A stretch of 37,485 nucleotides of DNA from positions 1 to 37,485 of the IMG/VR virus record IMGVR_UViG_3300045424_000028. One strand, written 5' to 3'. Made by a program: the position numbers and the translations under genes. This DNA is from a virus (taxonomy: Duplodnaviria > Caudoviricetes). The notes beneath the pieces were generated by a model that did no database searches, was not told the origin of the DNA, and saw nothing but the letters and a program-made list of their open reading frames with translations. Positions within the stretch are counted from its first letter, which is position 1; each line of letters starts with the position of its first letter. Positions 26,260 to 36,329 of this stretch are shown here, piece by piece.

Positions 26260-27062
26260 TACAACTTAATGATATAATTAACTACAATATAAGGCTGCAA
26301 GTTACCACTAGCGGTACCAGTAGAAACTACAGTACCACTAAATGTATGGTTATGTGCTGCTTGACTTGAAATAGTATGGGCATGGGCACCTGCTGAGGGA
26401 GTATCATATGTTTGGTCAACAGGCGTATTGCTTGATGATGCTACTGCTAATCTTCCAGTATTTCCATGACCATGAGTACCAACACTATTGGATTGCGTAA
26501 GTAGTGTATGAGCATGAGAGCCAGCATTACCAGTATTATCACCATGAGCATGTGCGCCACCACCATCAACAGTACCACTATAGGTATGATTATGGGACTG
26601 TATTCCGTCTTTTGCTCCAGCCTTTTTACCTAAAGTATCAAATTCTGTTTCAGAACTTAAACCAACAGGTACACGACTACGCATATCAGGCACAGCAAAA
26701 GAACCAATACCAGAACCGCCATATTGTGTTCCAACAGCAGCCCATAATCTAGCATATGTAGAATCAGAACCATTATATAATGTTCCATCACATAAACGCC
26801 AACCATTAGGAGCAGAAGAACCAACATATTGTGTTATAACACCAGCAGGCATAAACAAATCAACATAGTTTTTATGTACAGCCTGATAATCACTAGTGGG
26901 TGCCGAACTAGGCAAAGTAGGAAAAACACTAAAGTTAGCCACACTAGGTTGAATAGCATTAGTATTAAGCCAACTTGACAAATAAGAAAAGTTGGCGTTA
27001 ACAAGGTTAGCGTCAGCATTAGTGCCATTAGTAAATGTATTTGGAATAGTAGCGGTAGCCAT
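26259..27062 (-). CDS. Tail fibre with tail-collar domain
   Basis: PAGVITQY.GSSAPNGWRLCDG...FAVPDMRSRVPVG; HxH repeats; NLQPYIVVNYIIK. Confidence 0.9.
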   Translation of the reverse strand: MATATIPNTFTNGTNADANLVNANFSYLSSWLNTNAIQPSVANFSVFPTLPSSAPTSDYQAVHKNYVDLFMPAGVITQYVGSSAPNGWRLCDGTLYNGSDSTYARLWAAVGTQYGGSGIGSFAVPDMRSRVPVGLSSETEFDTLGKKAGAKDGIQSHNHTYSGTVDGGGAHAHGDNTGNAGSHAHTLLTQSNSVGTHGHGNTGRLAVASSSNTPVDQTYDTPSAGAHAHTISSQAAHNHTFSGTVVSTGTASGNLQPYIVVNYIIKL

Positions 27063-27063
27063 A

Positions 27064-28707
27064 TTAACTCCTTATGGGTCGTGGATTAAATTTAAACATG
27101 ATAGAGTTAACAGCCCAAATAACACCAGATGGACCAGAAACTTTAAGTTGGATAGCATTAGCAATACCTAAATTGCGTCCTTTAATAACTAAAGATGCAC
27201 CGCCAGCCTGTGACCAGTTAGCCTGATTCCAACCATTATAAGGGTCTGGTTCTGTTGCTGATTGTCGCCAAGTTAAACCAGTAGTTGGATTAGTTAAAGG
27301 CAAAGAAAAAACACCTTTAGATGTTCCACTATTAAAATCTTTATAGTAATCAATAGTTAAATTAGAATCTGCCGATGGTGCACGACATACAAATTCTGGT
27401 CTTTTCCACATTTTTTTGCTAGCAAAACTATCACCATCAAACCAGCGTGTAACATAATAAGAAGAAAATGGTACAGCCGTAGCACTGACAATAGCATCAT
27501 AAGCAATATTGTAATTATCTACACTAACAACATAAGGAACATTTGGATGTGCCATAATAGGGAATTTAGTATCATTAGAATCAGACCAGTCAATACCAGC
27601 CACCAAGCCGTAACCATCAGCAGTAGAAACTTTTGTCCATGCACCATTAGCCCCAACAGAAGGGTCATAAACATAATTTACAGTAGGTTTTGTTGCTGAC
27701 TGTGCAGGGTCATAAGGAACACTGAGCCATGCACGGCGATTAACCCAAGAAACCTGAATTGACGGAATAGCATATTCCGACAATAATCTATCTGTAATCA
27801 TAGGACGCAAACTAGCAAAAACATCTTTAACAGTTGTTCCATTATAGAAAAACATACCATTAGGATAATCAAAAAAGTATATACCATTATCTGATTTAGC
27901 ATAAGCATTTGGATTTGCAATACCAATACTTTCACTTACCGTAACAACCTGATAAGTTTCAGGACTATAACCAAAAATAGCATAAATGCCCGACTCTTTC
28001 AAAACAAGCAAATGACCCTTGATAGAAACAATACCAAGAATTTGACTTCCACCAGCATCAATATCAATATAGTCTTTTTCAGCCCATGATTCAGGATGAA
28101 AAGTATGTGACCATCTAATACGATTAGGATATGCTGTTGTACTTTCATTTAAGTTTGCTACCCACATAACATCACCATGCGTTTCAATACATTTAGCCCG
28201 TGGCATATGAGTACCTGTAGAACTAGCATAATTATCTTGCCATTGTCCAGCCTGTGAAGCCGTTAATGTTGTTGCGTAAACACTAGAGGTATTTCCACCA
28301 ATCCATTTACACGCTTGAGATGTTCTTCCAGTAGCAATATAGGCTTCGTCACCCCAATCAGTAAAATAAGGACCATAATCTGATGTTACAGTTATACTAG
28401 TAGATGCACCAATTTTAATTTCATTAAAATTGCCACCAGTGCTAGCATAGGCTTTAGTAAGCGTGGACAACAAGGCATAGTGTGAACCATCTAATGTATC
28501 AAATTTATGCATACGCTGAGGTGCCCAAGTACCTGAAATGGCACTTGTATTTACTTGTTTAAAACCACCACGGCTAAAAAAACCGCCTCGTGGGTCAATT
28601 TCAACATTCAATAAATCACTTGTTTCATTAGATGCTAACTGAAATGCATCTGCACGCAAATTTAAACCACCAGTAAAATTTCTAAGTTCAACAACATTAA
28701 GGGACAT
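27064..28707 (-). CDS. Tail nozzle/stabilisation protein (beta-propeller, P22 gp10/T7 gp12-like)
   Basis: Start probably ATG 28707 (MSLNVVELRNFTGGLN); NRIRWS..PESW; follows the adaptor gene. Confidence 0.75.
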   Translation of the reverse strand: MSLNVVELRNFTGGLNLRADAFQLASNETSDLLNVEIDPRGGFFSRGGFKQVNTSAISGTWAPQRMHKFDTLDGSHYALLSTLTKAYASTGGNFNEIKIGASTSITVTSDYGPYFTDWGDEAYIATGRTSQACKWIGGNTSSVYATTLTASQAGQWQDNYASSTGTHMPRAKCIETHGDVMWVANLNESTTAYPNRIRWSHTFHPESWAEKDYIDIDAGGSQILGIVSIKGHLLVLKESGIYAIFGYSPETYQVVTVSESIGIANPNAYAKSDNGIYFFDYPNGMFFYNGTTVKDVFASLRPMITDRLLSEYAIPSIQVSWVNRRAWLSVPYDPAQSATKPTVNYVYDPSVGANGAWTKVSTADGYGLVAGIDWSDSNDTKFPIMAHPNVPYVVSVDNYNIAYDAIVSATAVPFSSYYVTRWFDGDSFASKKMWKRPEFVCRAPSADSNLTIDYYKDFNSGTSKGVFSLPLTNPTTGLTWRQSATEPDPYNGWNQANWSQAGGASLVIKGRNLGIANAIQLKVSGPSGVIWAVNSIMFKFNPRPIRS

Positions 28708-29414
28708 TATTCGCCCAAATGATTTCCAAGAGATTGCAACCAACCATACATGCTGCGTTTGTGACGACCAGAACCAGATAATACCATAGGTTGGTAAGAA
28801 TCTGGGCGTTGAACATCACGCCGTGCACCCATAATAGCCTCATCAAATGATTGTTTATATGCCAACGCTAAGGCTGTATTTTCTTGATGTTGGAAAACTT
28901 TAGATACAATAAAATAAACAAGAGGAAAATGTAAATTAACAGTAGCATCAACATAACCATTAGTTGGAATCCAATCAAAAGGTTCACGATATGCACGACA
29001 AGTTAAAGTATATGTATCATCAGGTTTAGGAAACAAATGAACATTATCATTCCAAACAGAAAAAAACAAAGGACGACTAGGAGTATCAAGACTACCTAGA
29101 TATTTGTATTCAGCCTCATCATATGCCATCATTTCTAGGCGTACACCATAGTTATCTGCTTCAACGATTGAAATCATTTCACGAAGTGGATATGCAGCAA
29201 TAGCATCCAAATCATAAGAACGCTGATTAGCATTAGCGGTAAAAGTAAAAGAATACTCAAGGAAACGCCAACGGCGTTCCAAATCTATAATATGATTATA
29301 ACCATCACGCATATACAAATTGATAAGCGAATCCGATAAATCTGTTGTATCAGGCAAATCCATGATATTGCGTACCGCAGTACGAATATCAGCAGCAGTC
29401 ATTTTAGTCGCCAT
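28707..29414 (-). CDS. Head-tail adaptor / tail tubular protein A-like
   Basis: Helical N-terminus, W.FLE, PSRP..F....LFPKPD; position after the capsid gene. Confidence 0.7.
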   Translation of the reverse strand: MATKMTAADIRTAVRNIMDLPDTTDLSDSLINLYMRDGYNHIIDLERRWRFLEYSFTFTANANQRSYDLDAIAAYPLREMISIVEADNYGVRLEMMAYDEAEYKYLGSLDTPSRPLFFSVWNDNVHLFPKPDDTYTLTCRAYREPFDWIPTNGYVDATVNLHFPLVYFIVSKVFQHQENTALALAYKQSFDEAIMGARRDVQRPDSYQPMVLSGSGRHKRSMYGWLQSLGNHLGE

Positions 29415-29658
29415 CAGTTACCTCACTAGTCTCACTAGCCTTGATACCCTTCAGGTGACCAACACAGTAATCTTGTCCACGCATCTTATTAGCATTACAA
29501 GTATCATCATTACCTGCGCATTTAGGTCCACGACCCAAATACGGCGCACCAGCAGGTGCCAGCCGTGAACTAGAACCAGCATCACCAGCAGGGCGCTGCC
29601 CACTAGTAGCAGGTTCCCCATAAAGGGCATGGGCAAGTTTATAAGTAGTTGAACTCAT
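29404..29658 (-). CDS. Small protein with C-x6-C...CxxH motif
   Basis: ORF directly after the late motif, apparently leaderless. Confidence 0.7.
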   Translation of the reverse strand: MSSTTYKLAHALYGEPATSGQRPAGDAGSSSRLAPAGAPYLGRGPKCAGNDDTCNANKMRGQDYCVGHLKGIKASETSEVTDGD

Positions 29659-29682
29659 CAGAAATAGGCTATTCGTTCCCTA
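29659..29682 (-). promoter_or_regulatory. Late-gene upstream motif
   Basis: TAGGGAACGA-ATAGCCTATTTCTG-ATG (14 nt), immediately downstream of the capsid terminator. Confidence 0.7.
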
Positions 29683-29693
29683 GGGCAGATAAT

Positions 29694-29721
29694 AAAAAAG
29701 GGGGTACCCGAAGGTACCCCC
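29694..29721 (-). terminator. Rho-independent terminator after major capsid gene
   Basis: GGGGGTACC-TTCG-GGTACCCCC-TTTTTT on the - strand. Confidence 0.93.
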
Positions 29722-29736
29722 AATTCTATTTTAGCC

Positions 29737-30681
29737 TTACGCTGTTTTAGCGGTCAACTTACCTTGGCGAGCACGGTTACGCACTGTCAAGTTACCGTAG
29801 CACATGATGAGCGCATAACGAGCATCAAGGTTCTCAGGACGAACAAAGTCGGTCTGAGCGAACCACTTGTCGGAGTGACCAACGAGTGTGAGGTACTTTG
29901 AGTTGATGAAGAACATGTTACCAGCAGGGGCAGCAGTATCAAACATTACAGGGGCACCCTTGAACAACAGGTTCTGGAATCCAGCATCTGCAGTCTTGGT
30001 GTCGGTGTAACGAAGGTTCGGGGTCAAAAGTGACTCGTACTTTTCGTATAGCAACTGTGTTGCCATAATAAGGTCAGGACTGTCGCTACCCTTAGATACG
30101 CTGTTGTAAGCGGTATTCATTAGAGCAAGTGTCAAAGGAACAGCATTGTTTTCCTCATATGAACGCCAGAATTCGTTACCAGCAGTAGCCGAGTTAATTC
30201 CACCAACAGTGTTACCTGATTCAATCAAGTTGCCAAGACCGTTCCAGTTTTTACCTGAGTTGCCTGTACCGTCACCGTAGAACATCGTGGAGAAACCTTC
30301 ACGCATTGATTCTTCAGCCTGCATGATTTTTGCTTCAAGAAGGTTGATGATTTCGGCTTCGCCGTTGTTCTTTGCTTCTTCAATACCGCTAATTGCGATA
30401 GATGCAGCATACTGTTTCCAGTCAAACTGTGCAGCAGAGATGCCAGTTTGGTCAGTGATAGAAATTGCTTCGTATCCTGCGTATGAAGCAACAGTGTCGT
30501 TCAAACCATGAACCAGAGGTTCAATAATTTGTGCGCCACCATTAACCATACGGATACGACCCTTTTCGGTCAACCAGTAAGTTAGTGGGCGAGCAGTAAA
30601 CACATTGTCTGTGAGTTGCTTGCGGTAGTTGTTAAGAGTAGTGGACAGAATCGCACTAAAGTTTGAGTTTGCAGTTGCCAT
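29737..30681 (-). CDS. Major capsid protein
   Basis: 314 aa, follows the scaffold gene, strong RBS and terminator; STTL.NYR..LTDNVF, AQFDWKQY, FYGDGTG, AGFQNLLFKGAPV. Confidence 0.9.
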   Translation of the reverse strand: MATANSNFSAILSTTLNNYRKQLTDNVFTARPLTYWLTEKGRIRMVNGGAQIIEPLVHGLNDTVASYAGYEAISITDQTGISAAQFDWKQYAASIAISGIEEAKNNGEAEIINLLEAKIMQAEESMREGFSTMFYGDGTGNSGKNWNGLGNLIESGNTVGGINSATAGNEFWRSYEENNAVPLTLALMNTAYNSVSKGSDSPDLIMATQLLYEKYESLLTPNLRYTDTKTADAGFQNLLFKGAPVMFDTAAPAGNMFFINSKYLTLVGHSDKWFAQTDFVRPENLDARYALIMCYGNLTVRNRARQGKLTAKTA

Positions 30682-30715
30682 ATTAAGACTTCCTTATTAA
30701 ATTAGGGTTGATATT

Positions 30716-31492
30716 TTAGAAGCCGCCATGCGAACGCTTAGCAGCAGCCCAAGCATCAGAAATGGAATTAATAGAAGGTTCTGCGTTGCCTGAACTGGCT
30801 GCACTAGCACCACCCGAAACAATCCCAGCATCCCTTTTAGCCTGTAAAACATTGTTCTCCTGCTCGGCAATTACTTGCTGAGCACCAGATTGTGCTTTCA
30901 TTTGGCTATAAAGTTTGTCAAAAGACATTTGTTTATAGGTAGCCTCTAAATCGTTAGAGCCAGTTTTTAGCGCACTCAGAATGACCATTTGAGGGTCAAA
31001 ATCTTCATATTGCGACTGCAGCCGACCAATTTCAGCCTGCAACTGCTGTTCAGCACGAAACGCCTCAATCTGTTCAACCTTTTGGGAAACTTCCCAAATT
31101 TGCTTTTCCAACGGGTCCGAAAACTCAGGAACTTCAGGTTCTGATTGTGCGTCTGCGCCTAATCCATAGTGTTGCTGCAACAGTTGAATGGTCCCATTAG
31201 GGTCCTGTTGTAACGCTTCTTGGATAGCCGTAGCAAACTGCATCTGCTCACGCTGCGTAGCCAACTCCTGAGTCTTACGGGTATAATCCGCTTGACGCTG
31301 GTAGCCAGCAACCGCTTCCGAAAGTGGTACATATTCGTCTTTGCCATCAACTTTAATGCCAACCTTACGGTCTGCATATTCGCTAATATCAAAGATGTCC
31401 TCGCCACCTGATGCTTCAATATCTACAGATTCAACTTGTCCCGATTCAACAGGGGTATCATCAACAGATTCATTTTGAGTAAAATCACTCAT
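30716..31492 (-). CDS. Capsid scaffolding protein
   Basis: Acidic N-terminus; IKVDG....VPLSEAVAGYQRQADYTRKTQELA motif. Confidence 0.88.
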   Translation of the reverse strand: MSDFTQNESVDDTPVESGQVESVDIEASGGEDIFDISEYADRKVGIKVDGKDEYVPLSEAVAGYQRQADYTRKTQELATQREQMQFATAIQEALQQDPNGTIQLLQQHYGLGADAQSEPEVPEFSDPLEKQIWEVSQKVEQIEAFRAEQQLQAEIGRLQSQYEDFDPQMVILSALKTGSNDLEATYKQMSFDKLYSQMKAQSGAQQVIAEQENNVLQAKRDAGIVSGGASAASSGNAEPSINSISDAWAAAKRSHGGF

Positions 31493-31528
31493 ATTATTTT
31501 TTTCTCCAGAGTCCTAGGATGGTTGCTC

Positions 31529-31552
31529 TAGTATTAGTTAGGTCGTTCCCTA
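31529..31552 (-). promoter_or_regulatory. Late-gene upstream motif (leadered scaffold/capsid unit)
   Basis: TAGGGAACGA-CCTAACTAATACTA-G, followed by a short leader with a GGAG RBS. Confidence 0.7.
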
Positions 31553-31553
31553 G

Positions 31554-33482
31554 TTACATTCCTTGTGGTGGCATACCACCCATTGGTGGTTGCCCACCGC
31601 CCTGAAGTTGAGCCAACAATGCTTGTATAACTTCAGGTGGTAACTGGCTAAGGTCTGGCATACCGCCACCTTGTGGTGGCATCGGCATAGCAGGGACAGG
31701 CTGTTGTCCTTGCTGTTGAGCCATCATAGCCATCACTTCAGGCGGTATTTGACCATTACCCATGTCAGGCGGTGCTGTAGGTGGTGTAGGTGGCTGTTGA
31801 GGCGGTGCTGGAGCCTGTGCCTGTTGAGGTTGACCCTGAGGTGGTATAGGTGGCTGTTCTGGAGCCATGAACTCATCAGGGTTTCTAATACCGAAACCAT
31901 TTTGGAGAACATGTGCAGCCAACTTTCGCATATCAACAACACCAGCACCAGCAAGTGGAGCCATAGCATCCATAAGTTGCAACGCTGATTGTCGTCTAAA
32001 GGATTCATTTACTGGTTGTGTAGAACCAGCAAACACTTCAAAGTCAAATTCACCAGCAATATAGTCACGGTCAAATTGAACCCAACTTGCAGAACCATCT
32101 TTACCAGTGATACGAGCAATCTGCTCGCCAGACATGAACTGCTGTGCCAAACCAATAAGGCGTTTAGCAACTTCAGCCAGTGCAACTTCAACCATTGTTA
32201 ATTTATCTGCTGTACGGCTATTGCTTGCATCTTGGATTGCTCCAACTTCGGTTGCGGAACGGCGAATAGCCATACCGCCACCACGCATGAACTCGGTAAC
32301 ACCAGAAATACGGTCAATATCGGCAGTAATTAAATCAGACTGTTGATAGAACTCAGGTGGGTTAATAATCGCTGGGAATGGTGCAACAACACCACCAAGC
32401 GGTTCATCACCAATAACAGGGACCATAACATTGTCATAGTCCGACTCCAAAGCGGAGCGTCCCGTATTATCAAACGCTGATTCTTTAAATAGGTATTTAC
32501 GGCTAAAACGCTTACGATGGTTAAGCATTTGAGAACGAGTCTCGTTCAATTCACGCTGAAGTGGCTCAATAGCCTCAAGTTCACCAATAGGGTAGAAAGT
32601 GTCTGGCACTTCATAGTCACGCAACATAACAAAAGGATGACCAGTTGCATAAGGCATCTTAGTAGGTTTAATTAGGAACTGCTCAGCACCATCAGCGAAC
32701 ACGCTGATTGTGTTACGATGCAAGTCATAAAATTCCCACACCTCAGCATAACCCATAGCCTTGTCGTTGATTTTTTTATTAGCAGAATGGTCAGACCATT
32801 TAGAGTATGACATTGGCTGTACAGCATCACGGGCTGACTTATTGTATCGTTTGTCCGATTTAATCTCGGATAGTGGGCGTTTGATGCGTTGAGCAATCCA
32901 ACGCACATCCTGCATGCTGATGGCGTCAGGGTCAACAAACATGTCAAAAGGAGAAACACGCTCAGCAAAAGGACGGTCCTCAACAATAACAGAATTACTA
33001 GAAATAGGGTCACTATCCATAGTATCATCTGAAATGTCAATATCTTCACCATCAGTATTTTGTGCTGCAGTTACAGCCTGTTCTTCAATAAATCGGTAAC
33101 CAATTTTAACCCAGCCATGACCAAAAATCAAAGCATCTTTAACTGAACGGCGGAACTCAGGTTTAATATTGTAGTGACGCATCCAATAGTTAACAACAGC
33201 CTCAGCGATAACAGCATTAGGAGCCTGCTCAGGAAGCGTAGCAGAAACAACAACCTTAGGATAGTTAATAGCCACACTAGGTGCAATAACATTAATAGTG
33301 GAAAAACCAATATTAACAATCATTCTATCTTCTTCAGCAAAATCATCATAATGCTTGCCACGATACAAGTCATTAAGTCTGCGCCATGTTTCATCCATGC
33401 CGTCATCTTTACGCCACTTCTTGGAAGTGGCGATACGGCTGGTGTATCTAGCCAGCAGGTCTGCTTGAGAAGTCTTAGCCAT
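31554..33482 (-). CDS. Portal protein
   Basis: DALIFGHGWVKIGY, RVSPFDMFVDPDA, PLQRELNETRSQ, RSATEV; P/Q/G/M-rich C-terminal tail. Confidence 0.9.
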   Translation of the reverse strand: MAKTSQADLLARYTSRIATSKKWRKDDGMDETWRRLNDLYRGKHYDDFAEEDRMIVNIGFSTINVIAPSVAINYPKVVVSATLPEQAPNAVIAEAVVNYWMRHYNIKPEFRRSVKDALIFGHGWVKIGYRFIEEQAVTAAQNTDGEDIDISDDTMDSDPISSNSVIVEDRPFAERVSPFDMFVDPDAISMQDVRWIAQRIKRPLSEIKSDKRYNKSARDAVQPMSYSKWSDHSANKKINDKAMGYAEVWEFYDLHRNTISVFADGAEQFLIKPTKMPYATGHPFVMLRDYEVPDTFYPIGELEAIEPLQRELNETRSQMLNHRKRFSRKYLFKESAFDNTGRSALESDYDNVMVPVIGDEPLGGVVAPFPAIINPPEFYQQSDLITADIDRISGVTEFMRGGGMAIRRSATEVGAIQDASNSRTADKLTMVEVALAEVAKRLIGLAQQFMSGEQIARITGKDGSASWVQFDRDYIAGEFDFEVFAGSTQPVNESFRRQSALQLMDAMAPLAGAGVVDMRKLAAHVLQNGFGIRNPDEFMAPEQPPIPPQGQPQQAQAPAPPQQPPTPPTAPPDMGNGQIPPEVMAMMAQQQGQQPVPAMPMPPQGGGMPDLSQLPPEVIQALLAQLQGGGQPPMGGMPPQGM

Positions 33483-33676
33483 TATTTAGAGCCAGCACCA
33501 AAATCTTTGTCGTTCGGGTTCAATCCACGGATAATTGGTGGAATGGCTGCAGCAACAAATGCTGCGCCAATATCAGACCAACTTTTAGCGCCGACAAGAA
33601 CCGCCGATAGAACAGTTGCAAGAACTGCACGACCATATGATGCCAATGCTGCTTTTTGTGTTACGCTAAGTTTCAT
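33482..33676 (-). CDS. Holin-like two-TM protein
   Basis: SYGRAVLA...AAAIPPIIRGLNPND..FG pattern. Confidence 0.7.
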   Translation of the reverse strand: MKLSVTQKAALASYGRAVLATVLSAVLVGAKSWSDIGAAFVAAAIPPIIRGLNPNDKDFGAGSK

Positions 33677-33873
33677 TCTGTTTCCTTACCTTCGTGCCAG
33701 CCAATATGACCGTCAATTTTAGTTCCGACTCTATCTACCTTCTCAATAACTTGATGTAGTAGTTCACGCCCTTCGGCGTGTTGGTTTGTATTCTCTTTAC
33801 GCAATAGTTGCATGAGAACCATTAATGGTCCACCAATGACAGCAACCACAATGGGTACAAACCATGATTGCAT
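33673..33873 (-). CDS. Single-TM membrane protein (lysis-associated?)
   Basis: N-terminal TM (WFVPIVVAVIGGPLMVLM), then RKEN..QH...KIDGHIGWH. Confidence 0.7.
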   Translation of the reverse strand: MQSWFVPIVVAVIGGPLMVLMQLLRKENTNQHAEGRELLHQVIEKVDRVGTKIDGHIGWHEGKETE

Positions 33874-34098
33874 TTAAATCCACCTAGTCCCAACAGGTTC
33901 CGCAGTAATCCCCTTAGAGGCTGCGTCAGAGACTATTTTGCGTTGCTTCTCACCTATAGTGTCACCATGAAAGTTGTCTTTGCCATGGCTGAAGCCAATA
34001 TGTAGTGATTTAACATGGCAGCCGAAGCAAAGTGCGCCACGGCGTGGCAATTCCTCGTCATAAAAACTTTTGGAGCAATTTTCGCATACAAATACCAT
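33874..34098 (-). CDS. Small Zn-ribbon protein
   Basis: CENC...CFGC. Start is 34098 or 34101; 34098 fits the 14-nt motif spacing. Confidence 0.75.
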   Translation of the reverse strand: MVFVCENCSKSFYDEELPRRGALCFGCHVKSLHIGFSHGKDNFHGDTIGEKQRKIVSDAASKGITAEPVGTRWI

Positions 34099-34122
34099 CA
34101 TGTCTAGGTTAATCGTTCCCTA
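34099..34122 (-). promoter_or_regulatory. Late-gene upstream motif
   Basis: TAGGGAACGA-TTAACCTAGACATG-ATG; the TAG is the terL stop codon. Confidence 0.7.
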
Positions 34123-35715
34123 ATTTGAAAGATTGCGCACATTGTGTGCGCCAATATGCATTTTGTTTCCATTTTGGTCTGAAAACAGATGCTGTTCCCA
34201 CCACATTAAACTATTTTTAGGTATAACCATGTTTGGACTGTATTCAGGAAGATGAGCATACTTCATCATCTGGTTAGCAATAGCCAAAGACATAACCCTG
34301 TCGTCATGAGGAGAACCAGTCATTTTACCATTCTCTTTACGAACATATGTACGCAACTCAGCAATAGTCTTAGAACAGTAAATTTCTAGGAACTCAGTAC
34401 GAATAGCAGCAGATAACTCATCAATAGCCAACGGCTTAGTAGAACTAGTAGTACGCCAACCCAAAACCTCAGTAGCCTGAGGACGAGCATGCGCCAAACG
34501 GCGCTGCTTATAGATATTCCTGTAGCCAGTACGCTGCAACGCTTTCAGGGTAGTCAAACCGTGGTTGTTATTTTCAACCCCCACCAGACAAGTGTTATAC
34601 CACCAACCCAACTCAGCCAGTGCCTTACCAAATAGGTCGGGTTCAATATGTCCATGCCAATGAGCCACAATTTGACCTGTGGAGCAGTTAATAACATGAG
34701 CAGAACTATAGTCACCATATGACAACCCTTCTGCCACATCCGCTCCAATCACATACACACCATCAATTTCAGGTTCAGACCAGACGCTAATTTCACCATC
34801 TTCAGCAGGGTTCCAACGAACCTGACGCTCAACAATACAATCAAGGAATCCTCTAGATGGGTTCATAGTTGGAAGTTTGTCCAAAGCATCAATGTCAAAT
34901 ACGGGGTTACCAGATTTAATAAAGGCTTCCTCAGGAATCCGTGGATACTCTTGATGCAACTGCCAAGGTTGCATTGTTTTAGATTTGGACTCGTACCAGT
35001 CCTCGTCACGGTCACCAGCACTCCAAGGAAAAAACAAACCTTTGAAGGCGTTGGTTCCTGTTTGGGAACCAACCCACATGTTGTGGAAAAAGTTACCAGA
35101 CCCGTTAGCAGTGGACAAACATATAACACGACCACCGACATCGGCTACAGGCTCAATAGAAGCCCACGCTTCCTCAGCGTTAGGCAAGAACGCCATCTCG
35201 TCCACAATAACTAGATATACAGATTCACCACGAGCAGGGTCATTAGATGAAGGAAGGGACTCTAAGGCTGATTCATTTGTGAAAGCCATCTTCAGTTGAT
35301 GGTCGCTAATAAGGCTAGGACCACGCTCCTTCATCCAACTAGGAAGAAACCTAAAACCATATTTAGACTTCAGTAGCAGTTTGGCAGCCTCACGCTCAGT
35401 ACGGGATAGCATGACAATGAAACGGTCCTGTTCAAAGAACACCAACCAAAAGGCAAAAGCAGCAGCCAAAGTGGAGAACCCAATTTGGCGTGCTTTGAGC
35501 ACAACGCTGTAGCGTTCCACTAGCCACATGCGGATGGTTTCTATTTGTGGTTCTCGTAGTTCAAACTCTATGCGTCCTCGTTCGGGGTGTTTGATGTACC
35601 AGTAGTTTGCACAGAAATACAGGAACGCTTCTAGGCGTTCTTCTGGGGTAGCATTTTCGGGTCCTCTGCATTTGCGCCATTCTCTTTCGTTGATGGCATC
35701 TTGAAGTTCAGTCAT
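34120..35715 (-). CDS. terL: Terminase large subunit
   Basis: LKARQIGFS, VIVDEMAF, LSTANG, IGADVAEG, GVENN, HDDRVMSLA. Confidence 0.95.
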   Translation of the reverse strand: MTELQDAINEREWRKCRGPENATPEERLEAFLYFCANYWYIKHPERGRIEFELREPQIETIRMWLVERYSVVLKARQIGFSTLAAAFAFWLVFFEQDRFIVMLSRTEREAAKLLLKSKYGFRFLPSWMKERGPSLISDHQLKMAFTNESALESLPSSNDPARGESVYLVIVDEMAFLPNAEEAWASIEPVADVGGRVICLSTANGSGNFFHNMWVGSQTGTNAFKGLFFPWSAGDRDEDWYESKSKTMQPWQLHQEYPRIPEEAFIKSGNPVFDIDALDKLPTMNPSRGFLDCIVERQVRWNPAEDGEISVWSEPEIDGVYVIGADVAEGLSYGDYSSAHVINCSTGQIVAHWHGHIEPDLFGKALAELGWWYNTCLVGVENNNHGLTTLKALQRTGYRNIYKQRRLAHARPQATEVLGWRTTSSTKPLAIDELSAAIRTEFLEIYCSKTIAELRTYVRKENGKMTGSPHDDRVMSLAIANQMMKYAHLPEYSPNMVIPKNSLMWWEQHLFSDQNGNKMHIGAHNVRNLSN

Positions 35716-35827
35716 CTGAGTCTTTCATTTTATGTGGTTCAGTGTCGGGGTGACAGTCGGGGCAGTCGTGAAATGAGTTGGGTAGCCATTGACCACAGCG
35801 TGGACAAGCCCAGAGGTTATCAAACAT
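35708..35827 (-). CDS. 39-aa Zn-ribbon microprotein (not in ORF track)
   Basis: MFDNLWACPRCGQWLPNSFHDCPDCHPDTEPHKMKDSDD*; W-x-C-x2-C-x10-C-x2-C; fills the terS-terL gap. Confidence 0.65.
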   Translation of the reverse strand: MFDNLWACPRCGQWLPNSFHDCPDCHPDTEPHKMKDSDD

Positions 35828-35839
35828 GCCCTAGGATTC

Positions 35840-36277
35840 CTAGACGGCTTTTAGGTTGCGTTCGGACTTTTCGTTTACAACTAGCGATTTGAGCAAATCA
35901 TCCAACTCACTGTCGGATAGTTCCGATGTAGTTGTAGTTGTGGTAACATTGACTTGCTGTGGGGACAGTCTATTGGTCGCCTGAAGGTACAGTTGAGCCG
36001 ATTTGGTGTCACCATCCATCGCACGCTCATAAAGGTTATCCAGCAGCGTCTGAGTACGCTCTGGTGAACCTTGAAGTTCTTCTACTCGCTTCTTCCACTG
36101 AGATGCAAAGGCTGGGCGTTTCTGCCACCTTCTTAGTGTCGTGGTGTCCACGCCAACATCTTTTGCATAGGCTTCTTGTGTTGGGGGTTTACGCAAACGC
36201 TGGGGACATAGTAGCCATTCTAAATAGGCTTCTTGTCTGTCGTCTAGGGCTGTGAATTTGTTGCCGTTAGCACTCAT
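35840..36277 (-). CDS. terS: Terminase small subunit (HTH)
   Basis: TQEAYAKDVGVDTTTLRRW HTH, GDTKSAQLYLQ, LSDSELD; upstream of terL. Confidence 0.8.
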   Translation of the reverse strand: MSANGNKFTALDDRQEAYLEWLLCPQRLRKPPTQEAYAKDVGVDTTTLRRWQKRPAFASQWKKRVEELQGSPERTQTLLDNLYERAMDGDTKSAQLYLQATNRLSPQQVNVTTTTTTSELSDSELDDLLKSLVVNEKSERNLKAV

Positions 36278-36299
36278 ACATTAGGACAGTTCGTTCCCA
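36278..36299 (-). promoter_or_regulatory. Late-gene upstream motif at start of late arm
   Basis: TGGGAACGA-ACTGTCCTAATGT-ATG (13 nt). Confidence 0.65.
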
Positions 36300-36329
36300 T
36301 CCCACATAGTGGGAATTGACCATCCTCAT

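Noticed and set aside
13768-35299. Numerous antisense and out-of-frame ORFs within the late genes
   Set aside because: Shadow ORFs from codon bias of the real genes, with no RBS or motifs.
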